From Nitrospirota bacterium (GTDB lineage: Bacteria; Nitrospirota; UBA9217), in assembly GCA_963796285.1 (NCBI GenBank), contig CAWCKW010000013.1, forward strand, positions 288,001 to 352,000: 64,000 nt of DNA. Direction: 5' to 3'. Below the pieces are notes generated by a model that saw only the letters and a list, made by a program, of their open reading frames with translations, made no database searches and was not told the origin of the DNA. Position 1 is the first letter of the stretch. Each line of letters begins with the position of its first letter. Positions 29,299 to 40,302 of this stretch are shown here, in pieces. Position numbers and translations under genes: made by a program.

Positions 29299-30057
29299 TT
29301 ATTGCGATTTCAAATCCTTCTTCAACACTTCGAGTATCTTCCGATCTTCATCGGTGAGATACGCTGTTGCCAACAGGTCCGGCCTTTTCATGAGTGTGGC
29401 CTTGAGCGATTCCCGCCTGCGCCACTTTTCGATGTCCGCGTGGTTGCCCGAGAGCAGCACGTCCGGGACCTTTCTGCCGCGAAATTCTGCGGGCCGCGTA
29501 TAGTGCGGATGATCGAGCAGCCCGTCGCCGAAGGAATCCCGGTACGCCGACTCGTCGTCGCCCAGAACGCCGGGCAAGAGCCTTGTTGCTGCGTCAATCA
29601 CCACGAGTGCCGCGAGTTCTCCTCCGGTGAGCACGTAGTCGCCAATCGAGAGCTCTTCGTCAACGAGGGCTTCGACAACTCGTTCATCGATGGCCTCGTA
29701 GTGTCCGCAGAGCAGAACGATCCTTCTTGTTTCCTCGGAAAGCTCTTCCGCCCGTTTTTGATCAAAAAGCCTGCCTTGCGGCGATAGCAGGATCGTCAGC
29801 AGCTTTTCTCCGGGATGTTCGGCCTGAACCGCTTCAATGGCACTGAAGATCGGCCCGGGCTTAAGCACCATACCGGCGCCGCCGCCATAGGGGCTGTCGT
29901 CGGCGGTCTTGTGCTTGTCTTCCGTAGTGTCCCGGATATTCCGGACCGCCACGTTCAGGAGTCCTTTTTCCCGGCCCCGTTTGAGAATGCTCTCGTTCAG
30001 CGGACCCTCAAGCATCCCGGGGAACAGAGTGAGCACCTCGAAATTCAATCTTCGCAT
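29299..30057 (-). CDS. trmD: tRNA (guanine37-N1)-methyltransferase
   Basis: LTLFP, DDSPYGGGAGMV, LSPQG, CGHYEAIDER, SIGDYVLTGGE. Confidence 0.97.
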   Translation of the reverse strand: MRRLNFEVLTLFPGMLEGPLNESILKRGREKGLLNVAVRNIRDTTEDKHKTADDSPYGGGAGMVLKPGPIFSAIEAVQAEHPGEKLLTILLSPQGRLFDQKRAEELSEETRRIVLLCGHYEAIDERVVEALVDEELSIGDYVLTGGELAALVVIDAATRLLPGVLGDDESAYRDSFGDGLLDHPHYTRPAEFRGRKVPDVLLSGNHADIEKWRRRESLKATLMKRPDLLATAYLTDEDRKILEVLKKDLKSQ

Positions 30058-30082
30058 AAGTGACGAGACCGTTGTTTCTCTT

Positions 30083-30587
30083 TTATTCCATCAGGCCGTC
30101 CATCAGATGGATGACCATCTGTCCTGCCTTCCGGTCGATCCGCTTGATCACTTCCTTCGTCGCAGGGAGATAGACTTCCTGTCTCGCCGCGTTTCATTAC
30201 GTATACGTCGTTGCTGCCCGTTTCAAAGATGTCCACGATGACGCCGAGCTTCTCGCCACCTTCGGAAAGAACGTCCATGCCGATAAGCTCGTACCAGTAA
30301 TACCGCCCTGCGGGCAGCGGAACCACATCTTCCTCCGGAACTTTGACGAGCCACCCGTTCAGTACTTTGGCCGTCTCGGGAGAATCGTAGCCACTAAAAA
30401 AAAGGAGCGGTGTCTCACCGGTATACCGAACTGACTTCACATCGCAAACGATCTCTTTGCCTGCTGGTGAGACCAGATACACCCGGGTCAGGTTCTTGAA
30501 GCGCTCCGGGAAGTCTGTCATGGGCTCAATCTTCATTTCGCCCTTGACGCCAAAAGGTTTAACCGCTTTACCAATGGTTATGAGCAT
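30083..30587 (-). CDS. rimM: 16S rRNA processing protein RimM (frameshift near 30180)
   Basis: IGKAVKPFGVKGE, YYWYELIG, ETGSNDVYV. The native C-terminus EVYLPATKEVIKRID...LMDGLME* is in another frame and ends at 30083. Confidence 0.9.
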
Positions 30588-30635
30588 AGTTCTCAGCTGA
30601 CACGCTTGACAGCCGACAGACCTGCGGGCTGTCCC

Positions 30636-30902
30636 CTACTTCGCGGCTTCTGCGAACTGCTTCATGACCCCGACCTTGGAGAGCAGGGTCCTCGCTGTAT
30701 CAGAAGGGATTGCGCCTTTCTTGAGCCAGTCCAATGCCTTGGTCTGGTCAACCTTGATCTCCGCCGGCTTCTTAAGCGGGTCGTAGGTGCCGACCATCTC
30801 AATAAAGCGTCCGTCTCTCGGCGAACGGGCATCCGCGACCACCAGCCGGTAGTACGGCTTTTTGTGGGTTCCCATCCTCTTCAGTCTGATCTTTACAGCC
30901 AT
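30636..30902 (-). CDS. rpsP: 30S ribosomal protein S16
   Basis: [31 protein letters not shown]. Confidence 0.98.
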   Translation of the reverse strand: MAVKIRLKRMGTHKKPYYRLVVADARSPRDGRFIEMVGTYDPLKKPAEIKVDQTKALDWLKKGAIPSDTARTLLSKVGVMKQFAEAAK

Positions 30903-30940
30903 GTGTTCACCTCTTTCTTCTCAATAATGCGATAACTACT

Positions 30941-31030
30941 CAACCACGGAGGCACTAAGTAACGAAAAAACTACCGCGTAAATTGCGATTTTAATTTCTT
31001 TACTTAGTGTCTTCGTATCTTTGCGGCAAC
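30941..31030. repeat. Degenerate palindromic-arm element between ffh and rpsP
   Basis: CCACGGAGGCACTAAGTAACGAAA ... TTTCTTTACTTAGTGTCTTCGTATCTTTGCGG. Confidence 0.55.
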
Positions 31031-31033
31031 GAA

Positions 31034-32377
31034 CTAAAACGGCATCCTTCCACCGAGCATCTTGCCGATATTACCCATCTTCCCCATCTTGCCACCCGAC
31101 ATTGCCTTCACCATCTTGCGCATCTCGGCAAACTGCTTCAGGAGCCGGTTCACATCCTGCACCTGGGTGCCGCTGCCTTTGGCGATGCGGACCCTGCGGC
31201 TGCCGTTGATGACCATGTAGTCGGCCCGCTCTTTGGGGGTCATGGAGCTGATGATGGCGTCAACCTTCGTCAACTCCTTCTCATTCACCTGCGCATCCGG
31301 GAGCTTCATCTTGCCCATCCCGGGGATCATTCCCATGATCTGCTCAAGACCGCCGAGTTTTTTCACCTGCTTCAGCTGGGAGCGGAAATCTTCCAGGTCG
31401 AAGGAGTTCTTCTTGAGCTTCTTCGCAAGCTTGAGCGCCTCTTCCTGGTCAACGTTCTCCTGCGCCTTTTCGATGAGCGACATCACATCGCCCATGCCGA
31501 GGATGCGCGAAGCCATGCGGTCCGGATGGAACGGCTCGAGAGCATCGAGCTTCTCACCCATGCCGACGAACTTGAGCGGCTTTCCGGTCACGGACCTGAC
31601 CGAGAGCGCCGCGCCGCCGCGCGCATCGCCATCGAGCTTGGTCAGGACCACGCCGTCGAACCCCAGGTCGGCGTTGAACTTCGCGGCGATATTCACGGCT
31701 TCCTGGCCGGTCATCGCATCGGCAACGAACAGTATTTCGCTCGGCTTGACCCCGGCCTTGATCTGCCGGAGTTCATCCATGAGCGGCTCGTCTATCTGGA
31801 GCCTGCCCGCCGTATCGAGGATCACCACCTCATACAAGGATGCAGCTGCCTGCTTGACCGCCGCGCGGCAAATGACAACAGGGTCCCGCTCTTCCGTGAG
31901 ATAGGCATCCACCCCGACCTGCTTCGCAAGGGTGATGAGCTGCTGAATCGCCGCCGGCCTGCTCGTATCCGCCGGGACCAGAAGGACCCTGCGTCCATCC
32001 TTCTTGAAGTTCTTCGCCAGCTTACCGGCGGTGGTCGTCTTGCCTGACCCTTGCAAGCCAACCATCATAATGATGGTTGGCGGGTTCGGCGACAGAAAAA
32101 GTTTTGCCTGCGTTCCGCCCAGAAGCGCAACAAGCTCCTCGTGGACGATCTTGACAACCTGCTGCCCAGGGGTGAGGCTCGAAAGTATTTCCTGCCCAAC
32201 CGCCCGTTCCTGGACCTTGCCGATGAACTCCTTCACCACCTTGAAGTTTACATCGGCTTCAAGGAGAGCAAGGCGCACCTCGCGCAAGGCCTCCTTGACA
32301 TCATCCTCTTTGAGGGACCCCCTGCCTCGGAGCTTCTTGAAAACAGACTCTAATTTACCACTTAAGGCATCAAACAT
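31034..32377 (-). CDS. ffh: Signal recognition particle protein
   Basis: ALLEADV, GLQGSGKTTT, DTAGR, TKLDGDARGGAALS, Met-rich M domain. Confidence 0.98.
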   Translation of the reverse strand: MFDALSGKLESVFKKLRGRGSLKEDDVKEALREVRLALLEADVNFKVVKEFIGKVQERAVGQEILSSLTPGQQVVKIVHEELVALLGGTQAKLFLSPNPPTIIMMVGLQGSGKTTTAGKLAKNFKKDGRRVLLVPADTSRPAAIQQLITLAKQVGVDAYLTEERDPVVICRAAVKQAAASLYEVVILDTAGRLQIDEPLMDELRQIKAGVKPSEILFVADAMTGQEAVNIAAKFNADLGFDGVVLTKLDGDARGGAALSVRSVTGKPLKFVGMGEKLDALEPFHPDRMASRILGMGDVMSLIEKAQENVDQEEALKLAKKLKKNSFDLEDFRSQLKQVKKLGGLEQIMGMIPGMGKMKLPDAQVNEKELTKVDAIISSMTPKERADYMVINGSRRVRIAKGSGTQVQDVNRLLKQFAEMRKMVKAMSGGKMGKMGNIGKMLGGRMPF

Positions 32378-32701
32378 AGAACGCACCCGCTCGGCAAAGA
32401 ATAGTAAATATATAAGATAAGTCCATTATTGTCAAGGATTTTCTCTTGGAAGATACGGTTCAACGCCAGCCAGTCGGGCCTCCTGCAAGGAAATCACGTC
32501 GATGAGGCCAGTTTGGCGGTTTATATCGCCAATGACGAGCCGTAGTATATAATTGAAATAATATCAAAGAGTTAATATGCCTCTCCAGATCAGGGTCCCC
32601 ACCCGTACACCGGGCTGGAAAAATATAAGGTAAGGATTATCTAAACCAAAGCGGAATGGCAGACCATGACCATTTTCACTGGAATTCCTTCACTCGCAGC
32701 T

Positions 32702-33433
32702 TTAATGGACCATCCTCTTCTTAGCTTCCACCCGGCTGGTCACTTCAGTTTTGGATGGTACGTCACTTTCTCCCGCGTAGTGAAATTCGGTGTACACCAG
32801 CTCCTCGGCATGCTCAGCTGGCGGATACATCTTCATGAACTTGATCCGCCCTTTTTCATCATACTCGTATACCGTAAACCCGACCACTGTCTCTCGGGCA
32901 TTGACGATCACTTTTCTCAGCTCGCTTGCCGTTTCCGGGATGCTGGACAGAATACCGACTGCGAACCCTGTAATACCGCCGATCACTATGGGCGCTGTTC
33001 TGATAGCAAGATAGGCGAGCGCCTCGCCGCCTGAATTTATCGTAACGCCGTTCGAGAAAAGCCCCTGTGATATTTCAAGCCCTCCTTCGAACCCTCTGCC
33101 GGTCCATTCATACACTACGGCAAGCGGTCTTTGCATGTCCGCTTTATTCTGTTCAACGATAACGATGTCGTAAGAACGAACTGGCTTCCCATTCACGGCG
33201 TGCACGACTGTAAAAAGTTCTCCGGCTCTTCCCGGACGACTGTTCAATGTCTCCGGGAACAGCGGGCGACCATGGCTGTCGTATTCGACCTTTTTGACCA
33301 GGAACATGCTTTGCTTCGGAACATCGGGGTATGTTGCAATTGGCGCGACACGTTCGGTCATGCATCCGCTGATGATCAGGACGCTGATAAAAGCGAGGAG
33401 GGATCTCATGGTATGTTTGAAAAAGCGCCCCAT
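32702..33433 (-). CDS. Hypothetical lipoprotein
   Basis: N-terminal hydrophobic segment ending ISGC; downstream of the metallophosphoesterase gene. Confidence 0.6.
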   Translation of the reverse strand: MGRFFKHTMRSLLAFISVLIISGCMTERVAPIATYPDVPKQSMFLVKKVEYDSHGRPLFPETLNSRPGRAGELFTVVHAVNGKPVRSYDIVIVEQNKADMQRPLAVVYEWTGRGFEGGLEISQGLFSNGVTINSGGEALAYLAIRTAPIVIGGITGFAVGILSSIPETASELRKVIVNARETVVGFTVYEYDEKGRIKFMKMYPPAEHAEELVYTEFHYAGESDVPSKTEVTSRVEAKKRMVH

Positions 33434-33442
33434 AACATCGGA

Positions 33443-34585
33443 TCAGGATGCCGTCTTTCGTATAAGTTCATACACGGTTACTTCAGGAGGAGCAAGGAAC
33501 CGGATGGGCGGCCCCCAGGTTCCGGTCCCGCGGCTGACGTGGAGCAGCGAGCCCTGGCCGAGGTTATAGTTGCCTGCGATCATCGGGTAGTTGAGCCGGA
33601 CAAGCAGAGTAAAGGGGAATATCTGCCCTCTGTGCGTGTGGCCGGATATTTGAAGGTCGAAAAGGCCGATGGTAGCTTTATCGATCCGCGGCTGGTGTTT
33701 CAAGAACAGGATGAAGCGGTTTTGATTTTGTCTTGCAAGCAGCTCCTTCTCTGAAATAGGCTCCTCGATTTTCATTTGGACCGCGGTCCGGTCGTCAACG
33801 CCGACCAGCGTGATCGGTCCGACATCCATCGCTTCATTCTGCAGAACCGTGAAACCGGACTCCCGAGTAAACGCAAGCGCTTTCTCGATCCCGGCATAAT
33901 ACTCGTGGTTCCCGGTGATCGCGTAGTTGCCGTACTTGGTCTTGACCCCGCGCAGAAGGTCTCCGAGGCCCGTCAGGTGGTTGATCTGGGCGTCCACCAG
34001 GTCTCCCGTGGAAATGAGTATATCGGGCTTTGCGGACTTGACCACATCGAGCATCTTTTCGAGGCGTTCGCAACGGATGACCAGCCCCAGGTGAACGTCC
34101 GTGATCTGCGCGATCGTGAGCCGGTCGATCCCGTAGGGTAGCTTCGTTGTCTCGATCCTGACACGCTCAAGGCGAATGTCCTTCGCCTCAAAGTATCCGT
34201 ACAGGTTGATGACCAGTGAGATGCCGAGGCAGATGAAGAATGCCGGCCGCGCGGCAGGAAGATATGCGGATATATCAGACCGTGTCAGCCATCCGGCAAT
34301 GCGGGTGAGAAGAGCGTAGATATCGAAGATCAGCGAGCTGCAGAAGAACAGGAACAGCGCTGCCATCCAGAAGTAGGTGACGTAGGCAAGCACCTGCGCG
34401 GTAATTTCGTAGTCATGGTCTTCGAGTGCGCGTACCAGAAAAAGCGCAAAGATCATGAGCAGCATGAATACGGCTATGACGACGCCGGCAAGAGGACCGA
34501 ACTGAAGCGCGATCCGCGCTTTCAGGAATGCGTAGACATGGACACTGCCGTAAACGGCGAAGACAAAGAAAATAAAAGAGATCAT
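33443..34585 (-). CDS. Membrane-anchored calcineurin-like metallophosphoesterase (YkuE/YaeI-like)
   Basis: DVHLG, TGDLVD, GNHEYY, SGHTHRGQ, VSRGTGTWGPPIR. Confidence 0.9.
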   Translation of the reverse strand: MISFIFFVFAVYGSVHVYAFLKARIALQFGPLAGVVIAVFMLLMIFALFLVRALEDHDYEITAQVLAYVTYFWMAALFLFFCSSLIFDIYALLTRIAGWLTRSDISAYLPAARPAFFICLGISLVINLYGYFEAKDIRLERVRIETTKLPYGIDRLTIAQITDVHLGLVIRCERLEKMLDVVKSAKPDILISTGDLVDAQINHLTGLGDLLRGVKTKYGNYAITGNHEYYAGIEKALAFTRESGFTVLQNEAMDVGPITLVGVDDRTAVQMKIEEPISEKELLARQNQNRFILFLKHQPRIDKATIGLFDLQISGHTHRGQIFPFTLLVRLNYPMIAGNYNLGQGSLLHVSRGTGTWGPPIRFLAPPEVTVYELIRKTAS

Positions 34586-35661
34586 CTGCCGAAACTTACC
34601 CCCATTCCTTCGGCGACCTTCACGAGTTCACCGTCGGGATCGACCAATTTGAGCTGACTGATCGCCTGTTCGAGCGGCACCGAGGTGATGGCCGGCGGCT
34701 GGTACGAAACCATCTCGCCGAACCTCTTTTGCGCGATGAGTTCCACCGCGTAGGCGCCGTATCGCGTGGCGAGCAGCCTATCGAAGGGGCATGGGCTGCC
34801 CCCGCGCTGCAAATGACCGAGCACGGTCACGCGCGTCTCGAAGCTGGTGAGCTTGCTGATCTCGTTCGCCACGATCTCGCCCATGCCGCCGAGCCGGAGA
34901 ACATAGCCGTCCGACGCCTTCTCGCGTACCGACATCTCGCCGCCGGCGGGCTTTGCGCCCTCGGCCACGACAACGATGCTCGATTTGCTGCCCGCTTTTT
35001 TCCGTTCGAGCAGTTTCTCCGTCACCTTCTCGAAGCTGAAGGGGATCTCCGGGATCAGGATCACATCGGCGCTGCCCGCCATGCCCGACTCGAGGGCGAT
35101 CCAGCCTGCGTATCTGCCCATGACCTCGAGAATAATGACCCGCTGGTGGCTTTCCGCCGTGGTATGGAGCTTGTCAAGCGCTTCAGTCGCCGTGTCCACC
35201 GCGGTCTGAAACCCGAAGGTCACGTGGGTGGCCATGAGATCGTTGTCGATCGTCTTGGGTACACCGATGACAGGAACACCTCGCTGGTGAAAACCGTCAC
35301 CGATCTTGAGGGAGCCGTCACCGCCTATGACAACAAGCACATCCAGCCCCAGTCCCCTTATGTTGTTCAGCACTTCGGAGGACCTGTCCTCAACGATTTC
35401 CCTGCCGCCGACAACCATTTTATGCGCAAAAGGGTTGCCGCGGTTCGTGGTCCCGAGAATGGTGCCGCCGACAAAGAGGATGCCCCTCGTATTCCAGGAG
35501 GTGAGTTGGCGGGTCTTCGTTGGCGTGAGCAGCCCTTCGAACCCGTCGATGATACCCGTCACCTGCCATCCGTACTTGAAAATGGCGGTCTTGGTGACCG
35601 CGCGGATGACCGCATTAAGACCCGGGGCATCACCGCCGCCTGATAAAACACCGAGTTTCAC
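34582..35661 (-). CDS. pfkA: 6-phosphofructokinase (mixed-substrate group III type)
   Basis: GGGDAPGLNAVIR, GGTILGT, GGDGS, PKTIDND, EVMGRYAGW, LGHLQRGG. GTG start at 35661 after GGAGG. Confidence 0.93.
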   Translation of the reverse strand: MKLGVLSGGGDAPGLNAVIRAVTKTAIFKYGWQVTGIIDGFEGLLTPTKTRQLTSWNTRGILFVGGTILGTTNRGNPFAHKMVVGGREIVEDRSSEVLNNIRGLGLDVLVVIGGDGSLKIGDGFHQRGVPVIGVPKTIDNDLMATHVTFGFQTAVDTATEALDKLHTTAESHQRVIILEVMGRYAGWIALESGMAGSADVILIPEIPFSFEKVTEKLLERKKAGSKSSIVVVAEGAKPAGGEMSVREKASDGYVLRLGGMGEIVANEISKLTSFETRVTVLGHLQRGGSPCPFDRLLATRYGAYAVELIAQKRFGEMVSYQPPAITSVPLEQAISQLKLVDPDGELVKVAEGMGVSFGR

Positions 35662-35680
35662 AATGACCTCCAAAGAACTG

Positions 35681-35778
35681 ATAGGGTCCCGTAGCCAGGA
35701 TACAGGGTTAAGGGTAAAGAAATATCGATTATGCGCAGGGCACATTCCTGGACCCTGGATCCCGGCGCAAGGACCTTA
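35681..35778. repeat. Degenerate heptamer palindromic array
   Basis: AGGGTCCCGTAGCCAGGATACAGGGTTAAGGG ... CCTGGACCCTGGATCCCGGCGCAAGGACCTT. Confidence 0.55.
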
Positions 35779-36654
35779 CTATGCATTGATCCCCAAAAGC
35801 CTCGCCCCGCCTTCACAGGCGATCTCCCTCACCTCGTCATAAGGGATCCCGGACTGTTCAAAATAGGCAAGTTCAGCATCATAGGCTTCCCTGTATTGAG
35901 GATCAGGGAGCACGCAGTCCGTGCCAACCGCCAGGGGAACGCCGATACCATAAGCATACAGCATCATCGCGAGATGAGAACTGATCAGGCCGGCAACAAA
36001 CGCTTCTGATTCTTTTGATACGCTGCCGGACTCAGCAGCTCGCTTGAGTGCTCCCACGGTTGGCACCCAGAATGTGGCTTTTTTCGCCATTATATCGAGC
36101 GCTCGCTCAGACATAAAGAACCCATGCTCGATGGACCTCACTCCCGCTTCAGCAACGTCAATAAGGGCTTGTTCGCCGTTCGCGTGCGCCATGACACCGA
36201 GCCCGCAAGTTGCGGCAGCCTGCACGATGACGTGGAGTTCATCTTTATTAAAACCTCCTGCTGTCACCCTGCCGGGCTCTTTGAAGCTCACGATGCCGGA
36301 CGCCATTATTTTGATTATACCAGCCCCGGCTTGCTTGAGCGTGTAAATTGCCGATTTCATTTCTTCCGGGGTTTCAACGGGTATGCCGAACGTTGAGCCG
36401 TAGCCGCCTTTTTTATAGAGGGCCCATAGGGCGGAGATGATAAGCGGAAGACTGCTGTCCTGGCCCATAGCATAAATTCCGCGCAGGGTATTGTCTCTCA
36501 TGCCGGCATCACGGACCGCTACAACACCTGCGTCGACAACAGCATCCAGACAACAGGTATCCTTGCAATGCACATGGGCGTCGACAAATCCGGTGCTGCG
36601 TCCGCTATCTCCCGGATATCTGTGTGATGGTAGATGAATGGGCTCTTCCCGCAA
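35779..36654 (-). CDS. Metal-dependent amidohydrolase family protein
   Basis: GFVDAHVH, IKIMASG, MAHANG, SIEHG, VGTD. Confidence 0.85.
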   Translation of the reverse strand: MREEPIHLPSHRYPGDSGRSTGFVDAHVHCKDTCCLDAVVDAGVVAVRDAGMRDNTLRGIYAMGQDSSLPLIISALWALYKKGGYGSTFGIPVETPEEMKSAIYTLKQAGAGIIKIMASGIVSFKEPGRVTAGGFNKDELHVIVQAAATCGLGVMAHANGEQALIDVAEAGVRSIEHGFFMSERALDIMAKKATFWVPTVGALKRAAESGSVSKESEAFVAGLISSHLAMMLYAYGIGVPLAVGTDCVLPDPQYREAYDAELAYFEQSGIPYDEVREIACEGGARLLGINA

Positions 36655-36740
36655 CTTAAGAATTTACCTTCAGTCCAACCCCGATTGAGCAACATATAGA
36701 CAATTTCAACTTCCGCGGCGATCAGGATGTCCCTTCCGTG

Positions 36741-38777
36741 TTATCGCGGGCGGTATTGTTCATACAAGCTATCCGGTATTAGTTTCAGTTCACGGGTGAA
36801 TTGGTCGTTCCGCGACTTGTACTGGTTGAATTCCGCGATCAGCTCATTTTTTTTCTTCTCGTCCTGTATCGGCTCCAGATCCATGTCCTTCCCGATGGAA
36901 AACAACACATCCTGATCGATGAAATACATCCCGGAAATATAATCGATCAGATTGACTTTTGTGTGTTTGAGCGGATACCTATGGATATTTCTGAACGAGG
37001 GGTCCGTATCCAGTCCCGAACCCACCCAGGTGACAAGAGACGGTACATCGATATGGTAATTCTTTTTCAGAAAGGCCAGGAACGAAGGGGTAATGTCCAG
37101 CTGCGATGAGATCGACTCGATCCGCGCCCTGCGCTTGAGCAGGGGAGAGAATATGATCAGCGGGACATGGAAACGATCGATCTTGGTGGACATCTCGATC
37201 TCAGGCAGGCGATGATCTCCGGTAATGATGAAAATGGTATTGCCGTAGGCGGGAAGTTTCGCATACTCCTCAAAAAAGTAGCGCAACGCGTCATCCGTAT
37301 AGAGTATCGTGGAATATATCTTTTCGTAGGTGCGGTGGCGTTCCTTTTGTTTTTCATCAAAACCCAGCTGGTCCATGCGGTCCTCGACGCGCTTAATATA
37401 TTCCTCCTGATCGGGAATGGAATAGGACGTATGCATGCTCAATGTTTGCACGAACGATATATACGGCTGCTGCGAATCGCGCCGGTCCGTCTCCAGCGCC
37501 TTCCTCATCACCTCCCGGTCGGGATACCCCCAGCTCGTGCCGGGGCTTTTCACATAGGTCTTGTCATAATCATCGATGCCGACCAGGACATCCACACCCT
37601 GTTGCTGGAGGAACAATCGCTCATTGTCGAAATCCGGATCGCCCCCGATATAAAATTTGAGGCGATATCCGTTGTGCTTCAGAATGCTCATTAGAGAAAG
37701 ATGCTTGGGCATTTGTTTTCCCAGTTCATTAAAACCTTGCTCTGCGAAGGGCAATGAAGCCAAAATGGACGGAAGCGCCGCGAAGGTACGCCCCTGCGAA
37801 GAAAGAAAATTCTCCCAGTACAGACTCTTCCCGGCCAGTTCGTCGAGAAACGGCGTAAAACTGCCCAGATAAGCATTGGGTCCGCTGAAGGCCCTGCCCA
37901 AACCTTCCACCAAGATGAAAACGAGGTTGGGAGGCCTGGTTGGGTCCACCTTGAAGAACCCGCCCAGGACATCGGGGGTTTCGTCAACCCTCAAAAAAGG
38001 ATATTCCGCGCTGAGTGCTTTGGATACAAGCGAATGCTCAGGCCGCCGGGTATGTTCGTTTGCGGCGATGGCGACGACGTTCCCTGCAGCCGTTCGGGAA
38101 AAATAGGCGTAGGAGTCCTGGGTGAAATACATCCATTTGTTCACAGCCAGATTATATGATAAATCCGACGCGAATGATGCCCTCGCGGGTAGTCCGGATA
38201 CCGTGAAAGCCAGCACGACCCCGATGCCTAATATGACAAATGCATATGACGGTTTTATTGATTTGCGGGAGTGTAAAATCGCAAGCAAGGCCCAGAATAT
38301 GGCAACTGGTATGACAAACAGTAAGATTGATATGGAATCAATCGTGAGACCGCCGCTGACGGTCGTTTCTATTTCTTTCAAGGAATAACCGAATAGATCG
38401 GCGCCAAGGGGAATCGTTGCCGTGGCAAAGTATTTGATCAATACTGCGTATAGGATGATAACAATCGATCCACCAACCCCATAGACCCAGTAACGGGAGC
38501 TTTTCGTCCTTGTGATAACGCAAACGATAAGAAATGGAACAAACAGGAACGGAAGCATTTTCAGAATGGCTACAATATCGAACAGGAGTGCCTGTGCAAT
38601 TACGGTCCGGATATCCTCCGGAAGATTGGCGGTCGTGGAAATAGCGAAGAACTCCATCACGCGCATCGCAAGGAAGGCGATCAATAACGCCGATGAAAGA
38701 CTTACAAACAGAGCAGCGCAGTTTTTCAACGTATCGAGAAATGAATGTTCAGCTTCCGTCTGGACAGCATTGTTCAT
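36741..38777 (-). CDS. LTA synthase/sulfatase-family membrane phosphotransferase
   Basis: ~5 N-terminal TM helices; NLVFILVEGLG, TLSMHT, YTDDALR, ITGDH, FHVPLII. Confidence 0.85.
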   Translation of the reverse strand: MNNAVQTEAEHSFLDTLKNCAALFVSLSSALLIAFLAMRVMEFFAISTTANLPEDIRTVIAQALLFDIVAILKMLPFLFVPFLIVCVITRTKSSRYWVYGVGGSIVIILYAVLIKYFATATIPLGADLFGYSLKEIETTVSGGLTIDSISILLFVIPVAIFWALLAILHSRKSIKPSYAFVILGIGVVLAFTVSGLPARASFASDLSYNLAVNKWMYFTQDSYAYFSRTAAGNVVAIAANEHTRRPEHSLVSKALSAEYPFLRVDETPDVLGGFFKVDPTRPPNLVFILVEGLGRAFSGPNAYLGSFTPFLDELAGKSLYWENFLSSQGRTFAALPSILASLPFAEQGFNELGKQMPKHLSLMSILKHNGYRLKFYIGGDPDFDNERLFLQQQGVDVLVGIDDYDKTYVKSPGTSWGYPDREVMRKALETDRRDSQQPYISFVQTLSMHTSYSIPDQEEYIKRVEDRMDQLGFDEKQKERHRTYEKIYSTILYTDDALRYFFEEYAKLPAYGNTIFIITGDHRLPEIEMSTKIDRFHVPLIIFSPLLKRRARIESISSQLDITPSFLAFLKKNYHIDVPSLVTWVGSGLDTDPSFRNIHRYPLKHTKVNLIDYISGMYFIDQDVLFSIGKDMDLEPIQDEKKKNELIAEFNQYKSRNDQFTRELKLIPDSLYEQYRPR

Positions 38778-38911
38778 GCTTTGAATCCTATCCTGATCAA
38801 AAAACGACCGGTTTACGTCATACGTTCTCGTGATTGTTCATTGGATACTGTTGACATTGATCCTTCAAATGGCTCGCCTACCTACATCCTGCATGCGCTC
38901 TGCCGCTTTCA

Positions 38912-40213
38912 TCACCAACGCTTTGATATACTGGCCGAGATGCTTCGCTCATAGAAGGGGTAAATATTGTCGTCGCTGTAGCCTGCCGATATTTTGAAGC
39001 CCCAGCGCGAGTTGAAATATTTTTGGAATGCCGCTCCGATCGATTTACTCCTTGTTGTTTTAACGATGTCCGTTCCCGCGATAAATTCGCCGCCCTGGCC
39101 AAATCCGGTGTTCAGTTCGACATAATCATCTCCATCCCCTGAAAAGTAGTACCGTGCGAGAACGTGGTGGGAAATGCTCAGTTCGGCGGATGATGGGACA
39201 AAGAGGGTCCGCCATCGCAAATACCAGTTGCCGGTGTATTTCCCCAGACCAAGGCCGTACATATCGACGTTGCTTCCCCCGAAATCCATGTGATCGTAGC
39301 TGCCGGAAAGCTCCCACGCCTTTCCTACCCCCTGAAAAATTTCCAGGCGATAAGCATCATCGGGGAAAAGTTTGGCATTCGGTGAATACTGATATCGAAT
39401 ATTCGCATACGACCTCGGCCAGAGATCAACGTACGCATCGAGTGCCACGGCATAATCGCTTAATCCGAACCGCTTGGAATCGAGATACTCGACACCGAGC
39501 GAGCCATGTTGCCAGTAATGTCGGAGAGTAGCACTGTAATCGTACCATTCGCTGCGGACCGGCGTATATTTGCCGTAGCCATAGGACAGGCTCGCCATCC
39601 ATTTGTATGCTTCAGGCGCCGCTGATTCCGGTTCAGATCTGCGTTGCTGCAGGGAAAGAAGATACTGATCGATCTCGGGGTCCGGCGCGCCGTGTGCGCG
39701 GGCTGCTTCAAAATCCGCGCCGGCTGCCTCGAGATCGCCCGCCGATCGATGGGCTCTTGCGCGGGCGATGTAGGCGCTGGGGTCACCGGGATCCGCAGCT
39801 ATCCATTTTCCGTATGCGTTCACGGCATCGCTGGGCCGGTCGCTCCACAGATACATGTCCCCGAGCGCGGACCAGGCATCGCCGTAGCCCGGTGACCGTT
39901 TCGTTACCGCCGTGAGGTCGTTCTCGGCCTCCTTCCAGCGGTTCTCCCACGCATACGTCCGCCCTCGCGCGAGAAGCAGCTCGGAATTCTTCGGTCGCGT
40001 TGCCAGCAGTTCCGTGTAAAGCCGAATTGCTTCATCACGGTGTTTCGAAAAAGAGAGGGCCCTCGCAAGCTTGAACTTAGCCTCATACGATTTGGGATGA
40101 GTTACAGCCTCCGCACGATAGTACTGTGCTGCAGCGTCATAGTCACCCCTTGACATCGCCGTGTCACCATCCGCTATCGCGGCGACAAGACTCAATGCAA
40201 GAAGAATCATCAT
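38912..40213 (-). CDS. TPR + YaiO-family outer-membrane beta-barrel protein
   Basis: Signal peptide, TPR repeats (LARALSF, LARGRTYAW), barrel strands GLGKYTGNWYLRWR, terminal W. Confidence 0.8.
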   Translation of the reverse strand: MMILLALSLVAAIADGDTAMSRGDYDAAAQYYRAEAVTHPKSYEAKFKLARALSFSKHRDEAIRLYTELLATRPKNSELLLARGRTYAWENRWKEAENDLTAVTKRSPGYGDAWSALGDMYLWSDRPSDAVNAYGKWIAADPGDPSAYIARARAHRSAGDLEAAGADFEAARAHGAPDPEIDQYLLSLQQRRSEPESAAPEAYKWMASLSYGYGKYTPVRSEWYDYSATLRHYWQHGSLGVEYLDSKRFGLSDYAVALDAYVDLWPRSYANIRYQYSPNAKLFPDDAYRLEIFQGVGKAWELSGSYDHMDFGGSNVDMYGLGLGKYTGNWYLRWRTLFVPSSAELSISHHVLARYYFSGDGDDYVELNTGFGQGGEFIAGTDIVKTTRSKSIGAAFQKYFNSRWGFKISAGYSDDNIYPFYERSISASISKRW

Positions 40214-40302
40214 TTTGTTAACCCTTCCTCGTTGTTATGCACGTAGTACTTACCCCATCCTGTTTCTGGCGTTGCAGCGCAGAAAGCCCGGCTGCATGTT
40301 CT

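Noticed and set aside
32465-32620. Hairpins upstream of ffh as SRP RNA or a tRNA remnant
   Set aside because: The conserved SRP helix-8 motif and a tRNA cloverleaf are absent.
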